Positions 49,932-61,050 of a DNA stretch of 64,000 nucleotides are shown here, one piece after another (the first letter of the stretch is position 1; the number at the start of each line of letters is the position of its first letter). Made by a program: the position numbers and the translations under genes. Below the pieces are notes generated by a model, which ran no database searches, was not told the DNA's origin, and was given only the letters and a program-made list of their open reading frames with translations. The stretch comes from Aplysia californica. Its lineage: Eukaryota. The stretch is from positions 526,392 to 590,391 of the forward strand of contig NW_004797591.1 in the NCBI RefSeq assembly GCF_000002075.1. The letters are read 5' to 3'.

Positions 49932-52730
49932 TTTCAAGTTTATTTTAGTTTAGTTTTGAAGTACGGCAGTGGTCAGGCTAGTCGCCTATCAGCCGTTCGT
50001 TGCTTTCATTGCTTGTTTCTTCCTGCTCGTTGTTTTCGCACTCTGTTATCTGTAGGTTGGTGCTCATGGATCTGGCAGTTTGAAACCAATCTAGGTTCAT
50101 GGAGGATTTATGTGCCTTTCAGACCATGTCAATCCTATTCTTGAAAGCATTTAAGGATGGTGCAGACACCACATTTTCCGGTAGGGAATTCCAAGCGTTA
50201 ACTGTGCGTGCACTGAAGAAGTTTTGGAGGACTGCTGTTTTCACATGGGGGTTTTTTTCTTCAATTTTTGGCTGTGTCCCCTAGTGTTACAGTGTAGATC
50301 CTGCGGAAAAATGTCTCCTGTTACGTTGTAAATTCCTGTTAAATACTTGTAGCATTCAATCATGTCGCCTCTAGCTCTCCGATAGTACAGCGATGGCAGA
50401 TCCAATTTTCTCAGACGATCGCAGTAAGAAAGGTGCTGTAGTTCAGAAATTAGTTTGTGGCCAGACGTTGCACTTTTTCAAGTTGTTCTTCATCACCTTT
50501 AAGTCTGGGGTACCAGACCACATTTCCATACTCAAGATGAGGACGAATCATTGATTTGTACAGAGTAGAAAGGGACACTTTGTCCAGCATTGTGAAACCT
50601 CTCCGGATCAGTGCTAGAAGATTGTTGGCTTTGTTGACTTGGATACTGACATGTTTGCTGAATTTTAGATCACTATCAATATTCACACCTAGGTCTTTTT
50701 CTAGTGACACAGATACAGATTCTAGAGTGATGCGTTCACCTTTGGATGTCATCTTGTACTCACAGGGGTTTCTATTTTTCCCAATGTACATAACTTTGCA
50801 CTTTTCTGCGTTAAACCTCAATTGCCAAGCATCAGACCAGAGCTGGAGTCTGTTCAAGTCATCCTGGAGGTTGTCCGAATAGTCGGGTACTTCAGCAAAA
50901 AAAAATCTTCGTATCATCCGCGAACAGAAAAGTAGCAGAGAGGATATTTTCAGGGAGGTCATTGACGAAGCATACAAAGAGAAACGGACCTAGCACACTT
51001 CCCTGAGGGATTTCCGACTGCACATGCTCCCAGGATGACTCCTCTCCATTTACAACCACACACTGTTTCCTATCAGTCAAGAAGTCCCTTATCCAAGCGT
51101 GAATCTGTCCCTCAATTCCATAGCCTTCCAGTTTTGTCAACAAACGTTCGTGTGGGACGGTATCGAAGGCCTCAGCAAAGTCTAGATAAATGGTGTCGAC
51201 ACAGCCATCTGCCTCAATGATTGAAGTCTATAGGTCCAGCACCGCTAATAGGTTGGTTGAACAACTTCTGCCGCTCATGAAACCATGTTGACAGTTGCTA
51301 AACAGATCATTTTGTTGAAAATGTTTTATGAGCTGATCTCTGATGATGGATTCCAATACCTTACAGGCCACACTCGTTAGACTCACTGGACGATAGTTTC
51401 CGGGGGTGTCTTTTTTGCCTTTTTTGAAGATAGGTGAAACATGGGCTAGCTTCCACTCGGATGGTATAACTCCTTCCTGCAGTGACCTATTCATTAGAGT
51501 TGCCAGCGGGGCAGCTAGTTCAGTGGCACATTGTTTGAGGATGGATGATGGGATGTTGTCTGGACCCTGGGCTTTGTTGGGATTTAGCTTAGCAAGCTTC
51601 TTGAGCACATCTTCTTTAGTTATATGCATGTCTTCAAACTTACAATTAACATCTCTGTGCTGGAACTCCAGTATTTCTCTTGTGTCCTCTCTCGTGAAGA
51701 CTGAGCAGAAAAAAGTATTGAGAACCTCGGCTTTATCCTTGTTTGTAACACCGGGGGATGTTGTTGTCTTCTCTGACTCAATGTCAGTACTCCAAGCCGT
51801 CGAGGGAGGAGGAGACTACAGAGGTGACAGGAACATTCTCAGCCTTGTAAAACAGATGGGCACTACCTATGGCGTCCGGGTCACACTGCAGTCTGCAGTG
51901 AGTGCCTGGCCATTCTAGAGTACCAGGGAATGAGACTGCAGACCAACTATCAAAGACTGGAGCAAGCCTGCCCCAGACAGACACAGCCGCCTCTTTACAG
52001 GCCTGCAGAGGGATCATCCAATCCAAAAGCAGAGACGAGTGGCTAAACAGATGGGCCAATGCAGAAACAGGAAAATCTCTCTTCGGATACATGGACAAAC
52101 CCAACCCCAAAGACCCATCGAATATCTTATGTAGAGCTGATCAGACTTTGATCTTCAGAGCGCGCACAGGACACTTACACACCAACAAGCACATAAATAG
52201 AATTAACCCCATGTGGGAACCCCATTGCAGACACTGTGACTACCACGAGGAGACCGTTGAACATCTTCTCTTCCACTGCCCAAACCTGGCAGTTCTTCGA
52301 TGCAGGCTCCTACACACACCTACAGACTTACAAGGCCTGCTCTATTCTGGCGCTGACCAGATGACAAGGACATGTGGCTACTTGAGGGAGGCATTGCGCT
52401 GCCAAGAGCGAAATGCTCGCAGCTAAAGGGATTTGAAAACAACAACAACAACAACATCCTTGTTCGTGCTTGCCACACTACCATCATCACAGACCAGATC
52501 CGCAATACCACTCCTTGTGTTCAGTTTGCTCTTGGCATACTTGAAAAATGCTTTGGGGTTTGTTTTGCTTGGATTTTTGGGCTATCTTTCTTTCAAGGTC
52601 TCGTACTGCCTTGCAGCATTCCCATTTGGCTTGGTTTCTTGCTTTTGCGTAGTCTGCATAGTCCTTACCCTCTCTTGTCTCCATATATACCTTTTGAAAG
52701 AAGAACATTAAAGGCTCGCCTCATGTTCAC
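49932..52730 (-). mobile_element. 5'-truncated, frameshifted CR1-clade LINE (reverse transcriptase), interrupted at 51747-52455
   Basis: Frames give KAQGPDNI, GNYRPVSLTSVACKVLE, QHGFMSGRSCSTNL, IPQGSVLGP, LFADDTK, WQLRFNAEKCKVM, EKDLGV, RPHLEY, LEKVQR; (AAACT)-type 3' tail near 49935-49957. Confidence 0.93.
51747..52455 (+). mobile_element. 3' fragment of an RNase H-bearing LINE (I/Ingi group) nested antisense in the CR1
   Basis: VVVFSDSMSVLQA...VPGHSRVPGNETADQLSK (RNase H), RTGH..C-x2-C..ETVEHLLFHC zinc knuckle, stop at 52426, (CAA)n tail; TSD atccttgtt(t/c)gt at 51735-51746 and 52456-52467. Confidence 0.9.
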
Positions 52731-53912
52731 ACCGGGGTGGGGGTGAGAATAGCGGGGTGAGAATAGCGGGTCGAGAATAGCGGGTCATGAGCTATTCTCA
52801 CCTAGGTGGCCAAATCAGTATGCAAAGTGGCTAGCCGTACTTAAGTACGGCTAGCCTGAGAGTCTAAGTACAGCTAGACAGCCAGTCTAGCCGTACGTAG
52901 ATCTAGGTTTGGCCCTATCGACTCAAACCTGTAGAGTACACAGGTCTCAATAGATCTAGATCTAGTAATTATTGCTATGCTAGCCCCCCCTGGCAACAAT
53001 AATTCAAAAACAAACACACACACATATATAAACAATAACATGAGCGGACAATCGGGGTAGATTTAATTAGAGTTTTAACAGGCCGAGTCTTGCTTCGTAG
53101 CACTCGCCAAGTCGCGAGCAGGGCCGATGGGGTTGTAATTATGCGAATGAGCTCTCGTCCGCATCTCTCACCCTTCATTGTACTTTGCCCGACCAGGAGT
53201 AGGCAAGGCCTAGCCCAGCAGAGTCGTGAGCAAATAAGAATAGTGGACCACATGATTAGATTGACCAATTAGCCTCAAGGTGCAGGGTCGTGAGTCAAAG
53301 GGCACGGTAGCATGTTCGTGATGACTGAAAAACCCGGAAAGAGACGTCAGTCGATTGTGGGCTGTCGAAAGATGAAGACGGAGAAAAGTGAGTAGGGGAG
53401 CTTGGAAAGGAAGAATAGCGGGCCACTAGGCACCAGGGGCGCCATAGCGAATGTAGTTCCGACCAGTGGTCCAGTAAAGTACAATCTTACAGGCTTTTTA
53501 TTTATTTACGACTCAGTAGACATAATTTTTTTTTGTGGTCAGTCTTGCCAACATATTTTTTAAAAAGTACGCTAGCCCAGCTGTCTAGCCATACTTACGG
53601 CTAGCCAACCAGTCTAGCCGCCAAGCAGTCTAGCCATCATTAAGTACGGCTAGCCTCTTCCATAAAAGTCAAGATCCACGACAACCCAACAAAAAAGTAG
53701 GCGCTTTTTCGGTAGTTTCCATCCCGCATTTGTTATTCGCGGGTTTTGGCCCCAACAGTAGGCGGGTTTCAGGGGGGCTAAAACATTATACTCATACCAA
53801 CTCAGATTACTTGTTGACAGTTACTTAAAGTCTGTGTAATGCCTATTTCACTTGTTCAAATTCAGACCATTCAAGTTCATCAGGACCACAGGTGTCACAA
53901 GTGTAGGCTTAC

Positions 53913-54180
53913 CTCAGCCTGCTTCATATCATGTAGGTTCGAAGTTTTGTATTCAAATCGAAACATGCAGGTAAGAACAAATGAAACAGATATATCTTCA
54001 AGAGCTGACTCATGACGACGTACGTGTCGTCTGGGTAAGAAAGTAACTTCGTTTACATTACCAACATTATAATGGGGGCCGCCATATTGAATGAGGGGAG
54101 ATAATGAAAATTTCAAAACATTCTCCAACTTCCTGTCTGAACTTTGCGCGGAACGGAACGCTGAATGTCGCTGAATCGAA
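53913..54180 (-). promoter_or_regulatory. Candidate non-coding first exon / promoter of DGKE
   Basis: Strong minus-strand donor GAG|gtaagc at 53913, CpG-rich patch, YY1-like motif (minus strand AATATGGCGGCC near 54077-54088). Splicing to 44841 would put an in-frame TGA upstream of ATG 44815. The 5' boundary is a guess. Confidence 0.4.
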
Positions 54181-54554
54181 ATCGAGCTCATTCGTGTCGT
54201 TGAGTGAGAGATGCCCGAGGCTTAGTAGGCCTATTCAGACACAGTGCATTGTTATCGCTCAGCGTGTGGCGTACCTAATGCATGTCCCCACACAATAATG
54301 GGAGATCTTCTTTAGGCCTGTGTTTTTAGCATGAGTTCCCAATCAGTGTCAAAAACCTAAACGGTATCTGCTGAAAAGCATCGGTCACAATTTCTCAGGG
54401 TGGCTTGTAAACGCTTGATAACGCTGAGTTGACTAATAATAGGATAGGCCTACACGTTGGGCCTGTCATCGGTCATCAGTATTATTATTATGGCTGGGTT
54501 GTTTTGTTTGTCTCTTTATATGTTTGTTTTTGAATTTTAGGAAATACAATTTTG

Positions 54555-54712
54555 TAATAGTTTTTTTTACGGAACTTGCAACACATTTATTTAGGTCATA
54601 TAGGGGCCAAGGATTAGAGGTACATGTACATGCATCACAAGTACAAGAAAGTACACAATATAAAGAAGGAGAAATAAAGACGAATGTTTCAGTTTGATAG
54701 GCCAACCACCCA
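54555..54712 (-). mobile_element. Short retroposon family B with internal deletion
   Basis: ttttacggaacttgcaacac...aggtcatataggggccaaggattagaggt...gtttgatagg/ccaaccaccca. Confidence 0.75.
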
Positions 54713-55364
54713 AACATTTTTGTTTTTGAAGCGACCGAGCGATCACATCCGTAATGTGCACCCCGTATTACGTCGTATATAGGCCTACCCACTGATAGAT
54801 CTACGGTACACGTGTTTGTGTGCGTGAGTGTGTGTGTGTGTATATGTGTGTGTGTGTTAGAGAGATAGAGATGTGGTTTGACAAAAAGAAATAGGGAGCG
54901 AAAGAGGAGGGGTGCGTTATAACCTGCCGTGTTAGTTTATTAAATTAGTGTGAAGTCGAATTGTAACCATGAAACTATAATATATCGTGTGTCTTATTGA
55001 AGGTCTGATCGGATTGATGCATAATTATCAAAGTGTAATTTTTTCCTTTATTTTTATGTTTAATTTGCAGCTCAAAGCCACCTTTATAATTCAATCGACT
55101 TGTCTTCCCTTATTACATGAGATAGGCCGTCTGTTTGAAAACTAAACCGAATAATTTTAGCTCATGGCTTTCGATGGAATATAAATATAAGAAGACTACC
55201 TAATTTATTCTAAATTTTGACAAGAAACATGTTTTAATTTGCCTTCATAGCATATGAAAATATTGACACATCCGGCCGCAAAAAAGGCCTCCACTGTCTT
55301 TTGTAAACTAATGAGTGATATTTTTAGCGCTGCGTTTGCGGTAGCCTACAAAATTCTCCGACCT

Positions 55365-56955
55365 AATATTAACGAACACCGGTGCGCCCCAAGGCTGTGT
55401 AATCTCCCCTGTCTTGTTTACGCTCTACGCCAACGACTGTACTTTTGATAACAAAAACATCAAACTAATAAAAATTTGCGGATGATTCCACTTTACAAGG
55501 CCTTATAACAACAAATGAGAATGAATACAGGGACGCTGTGAATCTATTTACAAATTGGTGTGATAACCACTTCCTTATACTAAACGTAAAAAAGACAAAG
55601 GAATTGATAATAGACTTTACAGTAAAAAAAGACCAATTGCAACCACTATTTATTAAACATGAAGAGGTGGAGGTGGTAAGCTCTTACAAGTATCTTGGTG
55701 TAACAATCGACCACAAACTTGACTGGAGAGGGCTCTCGTGGCCTAGAGGTTAAGGTGTTGGCCTCTCATTCAAAGGTCCCGGGTTCGAATCCGAGTAGTG
55801 ATCGAAAAATTTTCTTCTCTAAATTTGTCTCCTTTCCTGCTCTCTAGCAATGTTCTGTCGTCTGCTTTCATCTCCTCTTTCTGCCCCACTCCCTCATCTC
55901 CTTCCCCCCCCCCCCCTCCTCTGGGCTCCTGATTCTTTCTACAGCGTTTCTACTGCTACTCCTTGGCTTCTTCTTACTGCTGTCTTTCAGCCACACCCCT
56001 GATCTTCTGGTAGGAAAGATCTACACCTAGCCTTCTCGGACAAGGGCGAAAAATCTCGGAGGTCCCGTGTGCAAGTTGCGCACGTTAAAGATCCCTTAAA
56101 TAGGTGGTCTAAAATCGATGAGTAAGCTTCGGCCGCCACCCGGCAAAATTCAAAATTTCCCACCAACTGAAAAAGTTTATTGTGGCCCTCGCGCTCATAT
56201 GACCTTATGCAGTTGCGAGCGCCGTAAAACACTTACAAAAACAAAAACAAACTTGACTGGCATCCCCACGCTGCTCTTGTGCATAAAAAATGTAAATCAA
56301 AGAATGTTTCTCTAAGGAAATTAAGAGGTTTCCGTGTTGACAATAAGATTATCTCCCTTTTTTACCATTCTATGATTGAAAGTGTGCTATTGTTTTGTAT
56401 TTAATGCTGGGGTGGGAATTGTAAGGTGGACGATAAAGAAAAATTTGACAGAACCATTAAGTAAACCAGCAAGATCTCGGGATATGATTTTATAAGAATT
56501 GATGAAATGTGTAACACCACAAGTATAAAAAAATATAAAAAGCATTATCACACCCCTTTTCCACACAAGTTGTAAGATCACGCAGCGGCAGATATGTACC
56601 TCCAAAAACAAAGAAAGAAAGATATAAAAGAAGTTTTTTACCATCTAGCATAAGGCTTTTGTCAGAATGAGCATATATACGTGTGTTGCTCTTAGAGTAT
56701 ATATCTGTATATAACTCCAAAGGTCTAGTATTTAAATTCCTGCACGTGGTTGAATGATGCATTTGATGTAAATGTACATTTTGTCAGCTTTACTTCTCCT
56801 TTCATATTGAATTTTAATGAGAGTAATATATATATGATTTAATTTTTTTTAATGTATAAATTACCTGCTTGTGCTTTTACGGTCCTGTACAGCCAAGGAA
56901 AATTTCCCTCTGGGATAATAAAGTACTATCTTATCTTATCTTATCTTATCTTATC
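55365..56955 (+). mobile_element. 5'-truncated Rex1/Babar (L2/CR1-group) LINE, interrupted by SINE A
   Basis: NTGAPQGCVISPVLFTLYANDC, KFADDS, LNVKKTKELIIDF, YKYLGVTIDHKLDW; 3' end ccctctgggataataaagt followed by (TATCT)n. Confidence 0.88.
55727..56246 (+). mobile_element. tRNA-headed SINE family A, full length, inserted in a LINE fragment
   Basis: A box TGGCCTAGAGG, B box GGTTCGAATCC, pyrimidine-rich body, core CTCGGACAAGGG...GAGGTCCCGTGT...CACGTTAAAGATCCC (resembles Meta/Deu-type SINE core domains, from memory), (CAAAAA) tail; 14-bp TSD acaaacttgactgg at 55713-55726 and 56247-56260. Confidence 0.92.
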
Positions 56956-58719
56956 ATGTAATGTAATTTGTATAATGATGATACGCAAAATAAATACATA
57001 GATCAAGATCTATTATTTAATATTGCTACCTTTGCCATAGATAAGGGTCAGGCAATGAAAATATTGCCGTTTATAGGCCTACTTTGATCTTCACCTTATA
57101 GAGTACCAGATTTGAAACAAACATTAGCAGGGTATAATCATATGGTTTGCCACTAGAGAAAAACAAAACCAGTACATGTATTAAGTGTGTGCTGATAAAA
57201 ATATATGTCAACTTTTCTGCTTTACATGCATGGTCTTGTAATATCGGCTTCCTCTTATCATTATTTGTTGACACGCTTGAGGCTGTAGCATAAAAGAATA
57301 CGTGTCGGAACCTATTGCATGCAGTGGCTTTCAATAGGTTTTCAGATTATGTTGGTCATCCGGCCTACATATTATGATGCAAAGACCGGTGCCGGGTCTA
57401 GCGTCGGATGAGCGATGTGTTCTAACTACGGTCAGACGAGAGTGAACAAAAAAGTGAGTACATACATAATTATTACAGTTGTAAGCTTACGTGGAACTGC
57501 ATCTTTCAACTTCCCACGACGAACAGAAAGATCATTAAAGTGCATTATCAAAGGATACATTTAAAAGTAAAATATAATGGTACACACCTACGGGGACATG
57601 CGTGCGACGACCCAAAGGTTGAATTTTTCGACGGTGCTTTTTAGAATGATACGTCAAGTGCGGAAAAAAATGTATCATGTAGATACAATCTAGCTGGCGT
57701 ACATGTTTATATCTACCGCCTGTCACACTGGGGTTTTCGCTCTCAACTTTCAAGGTTTCATTCATGTTGCGGGGATCGAGGCATTTTATACATTTTCAGC
57801 TCATAATTGGAATAACGCAGGACGTACGCAGAAGAGAATTTCTACTCTTTGTTTTAGAATTTGAAAATAAAACTTTGAATAAAAACAATAGAAAGACATA
57901 AGACTTCTCTTGTGCTTGGGAAATGCACGACCAACTGTGCCCCCCCCCCTTTTTCCACTTACATTTTTTTTTTCGGGTAAGCAAGTATCACTGCTGAGCC
58001 TTGCATCTCCTGATAAAAATCTATAAATCTAGTCTATTTGAATTACGACCCTTGTAATTAGTTTCTCAAGAATCCTGAAATATAATTGGATGTGGCATGG
58101 GTTAAATTGTTTGGTATTCCTTATATAATGATAATTCAATTACTTGAATTGTTATTAAAGTGACAATTTGTTCAAAGGGGAGAAATAAAATCTCTCCCCC
58201 CCCCCCCAAGCTCTTTAGGCTCTTCTCTCTTAATTCTCTCAGCACAATAATACTAATACAGTAAAAAGTATTATTAGTAGAATTTAAAAGCCAAAACCCA
58301 TTTTCGTCCAAACTGATAAGGCTATTCGCTATCCCCATCTAGCTATTGCCAAACTGACAAGCGGGCATATATATTCTCAAATATCATTATCAACGGCACG
58401 TTGTGTGTTCGAACACACCCCAAGCTCTGTGCCGTCACGTCGAGGCTAAATAGGCCACTCTTGTCAAAATAACATCTCTCTCGACCAGTTTATGAAGTCC
58501 ACCAATCAAATTGCTGCATGTTTTGGTACAACTGGAGAAGGTAAAAATGTAGGTCAAATTACACCCTTCGTATCAAATAGTTCCTAAGTTAAAATTGATT
58601 TTGAGGCGTTAATTTACATTGATTTGTTTCATTAGTGTAATTATTATGAAAAAACATTTGATAGGCTTCTGAAAGCTTAAGAATAAACGGTGGTATGCAA
58701 CAAATGAAACATTTCCACT

Positions 58720-58831
58720 GTTTGAGGCATGTCGGAGTATTATTTTGGCAGCCATTTTGAGTTCGGACGCCTCAATCGCCATTACAGGTCGAAAAAATTG
58801 ATGATTTTTCGTAAACAACACTGAAAATAAG
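58720..58831 (+). promoter_or_regulatory. Candidate non-coding first exon / promoter of the KAT6 gene
   Basis: YY1-like GCAGCCATTTTG near 58748-58759, CpG-containing context, consensus donor AAG|gtaagg at 58831. The 5' boundary is a guess. Confidence 0.35.
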
Positions 58832-60023
58832 GTAAGGACAAGCTCACGAACGACATACAAAATTATTTAAATTGTCATTCTATATGGTAATGTAGGTTAT
58901 ATTGTATTTTTGCATTCAGAACGGTATAAATGAAGATTTGCTGTGAGTGAGAGCGTAAAACATCCCGCGTCCGAGAGAGCTTTTGATTGTTGAATATTGT
59001 TGAGAGTAGTTTCTCGCTTCGGCTTTCCTTTTGTCACCTGTCCTTAACTCCAGAACCCTTAGATGCTTTTATTGTTGGTGAAAGAATTAATCGGCCTGCA
59101 CCAATAGTTTTTGTTTGCAGTGGCTAACTCGATGGCAGTAAGAGTGAAATCGAAACTTGCTGCTGAACTTCAGTCGGGAGTCAATAAAATTGAAAACAGT
59201 GCCTTGTGGCGTGTGGCCTTGTAACTGTGACTGAACTGAAGTAATTCCCTTTCACTTTTTGATATATGGCTCGCAATGTAATTCGCAACTACCCGTTCTG
59301 TTGAGGGTGTGATTTGTGCAAATGTTATTTGTCTTTGCTTTACGTACATGAGTTGCCCTCCTCCCCTCCGCCCCCCTTCCTTGTGAAGGAAAACAAGCTA
59401 AGGCTAAGCTAGAATCTAGACCTAGATTCTAGATTAGATTCTAAACTAATCAATCTAAAGTTAACCCACATCCTGTGGGAGCCGGGTTTATGTCGCCCGA
59501 TAAGCCTATTTCAGCACCTCGCCTATGTTCAGGTCCCGAATCAGTGTAGCCCCTGGCTCAGCGCACGCGCAGCGCGCATCCTCTTACGTGTCATTCGGGT
59601 CCCGAGTCGGATCCCCATTCACGCAGGTCAAGTGTGTGTGTGTCAGTCTGCTTGAGTTTGCGTGCGTTTGTGGCCTTCTTCTAGAACCGCGTGCGTTGGT
59701 CCAATCGAGGCATACGTCTCATTCAAAACATGCCAAGTTGGTAGCTCTAGATGTTCGTCCAACGAAATTATAGAAGAAATTGACCCACTAAGACATTAGG
59801 AGCTCGAAAGGATAGTCAGGAAACAAGACTTCCATTTTTCGGTGCTTTTTCGGTAGTTCCCACCCCCCTTATTTGATCTAGGTCTAGATCTCTAGATCTA
59901 TACGTTTGATTCGCGGTGAGCTAAGATATCAAACCTTAAAGCATTAAATTATGGTAAAATTCAGGGGGCCATGATTCAGGGGGGCATGCCCCCCTGAAAC
60001 CCCCCTTCCTATTTTTATTGAAA

Positions 60024-60464
60024 GTGGCTATTCTCACCCGCCCGGAAGTTCTCGCAAGATCAACTCCTCCCCTTTTCTCTCTCTCTCCGTCTCTTTCTGA
60101 ATACTTTCTATCGGTGTGGACGATCAAATTGACCAAAACAAAGTTAAAAAATGATGTTAGAACACAAAAGTAAATAAATTTGGTTGTCTACAAAGATGCT
60201 ACGGCTATTTAACTTTTCGAATCGAGCCGAACTACGCGGGTAGCCATTTTGTTTTGCCCGGAAATTCTCGTGCTACTCCTCTCTCTCTTTCTCTCTCTCT
60301 CTCCATTGCCCACAGACAAAATTGTACGCTTTTAGTAGGCTACAATTGTAATGGAACGTTTGTTCACAGCACAGAATTCTACAATTTTTCTGTTATCACA
60401 GTGTAGAATTCTGTGGTTTAGGAAAGCAAAATTTGGTGAACGCGCGCCGGGTGAGAATAGCCAC
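60024..60464. mobile_element. MITE-like element bounded by 17-bp inverted repeats
   Basis: GTGGCTATTCTCACCCG at 60024-60040 and CGGGTGAGAATAGCCAC at 60448-60464 are exact reverse complements. Confidence 0.55.
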
Positions 60465-60539
60465 AAGACTCGCCTGCACTATTCTCACTCCGGGTGAGAA
60501 TAGAGGTGGCCATTTTTATTAGGAAATAAAATACGCCTG

Positions 60540-61050
60540 GAAGATGGCGTTCACATTCTCTCAAAGAGTGAAGAGGCCATTGTGAAAGAAAAAGACAAAG
60601 ATTGCAAGAATAAGTGGAAGTATCAGTGGTTAGAAGATGTGGTGAATGTGACAATCAATGAAGCTTTCTCAACCCATCCAAAAAGGTTTTCCCAATTTTC
60701 AGATCCCCTAAAGTTTCCCAAGTGCAAGAAGTAACATCAGATTCAAATGAGAAAGATGGAGGAGGTGATACTAGATCTAGATCTAGCTCGAGTCAACCCA
60801 AGCCAGTGCCTATGATTCCGTTATCAGACAGGGTAGCCTCAATGGAAGCCATGATTCTCTCTGTAATGGCTCAGCATTCAATGCCTCTGACATTTGCTCC
60901 TGTGCTTGTGGATGAAGCTAAAGCCTGCAGTACAGACCCACAGGCCCTGGCTTCCGTGCAATTACATCTGCTGCTGCATACAAAATTAAATTTGGCCTTG
61001 CTAAGACAGTGAAACAGAAACTTGCGCAAGATCTACAGGTCTCCCCTTTA
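60540..61050 (+). mobile_element. Degraded DNA transposase fragments (hAT-like, tentative)
   Basis: Fragments HILSKSEEAIVKEKDKDCKNKWKYQWLE, PLSDRVASMEAMILSVMAQHSMPLTFAPVLVDEAKACSTDPQAL and TSAAAYKIKFGLAKTVKQKLAQDLQVSP, broken by deletions and frameshifts; family assignment is from recalled similarity only. Confidence 0.5.

Noticed and set aside
55727-55800. tRNA-like sequences with A and B boxes (also at 4915-4987, 29577-29650, 35915-35988)
   Set aside because: No acceptor stem closes the cloverleaf, and they run directly into SINE bodies (with TSDs in the 4476 and 55727 copies), so they are SINE heads rather than tRNA genes.
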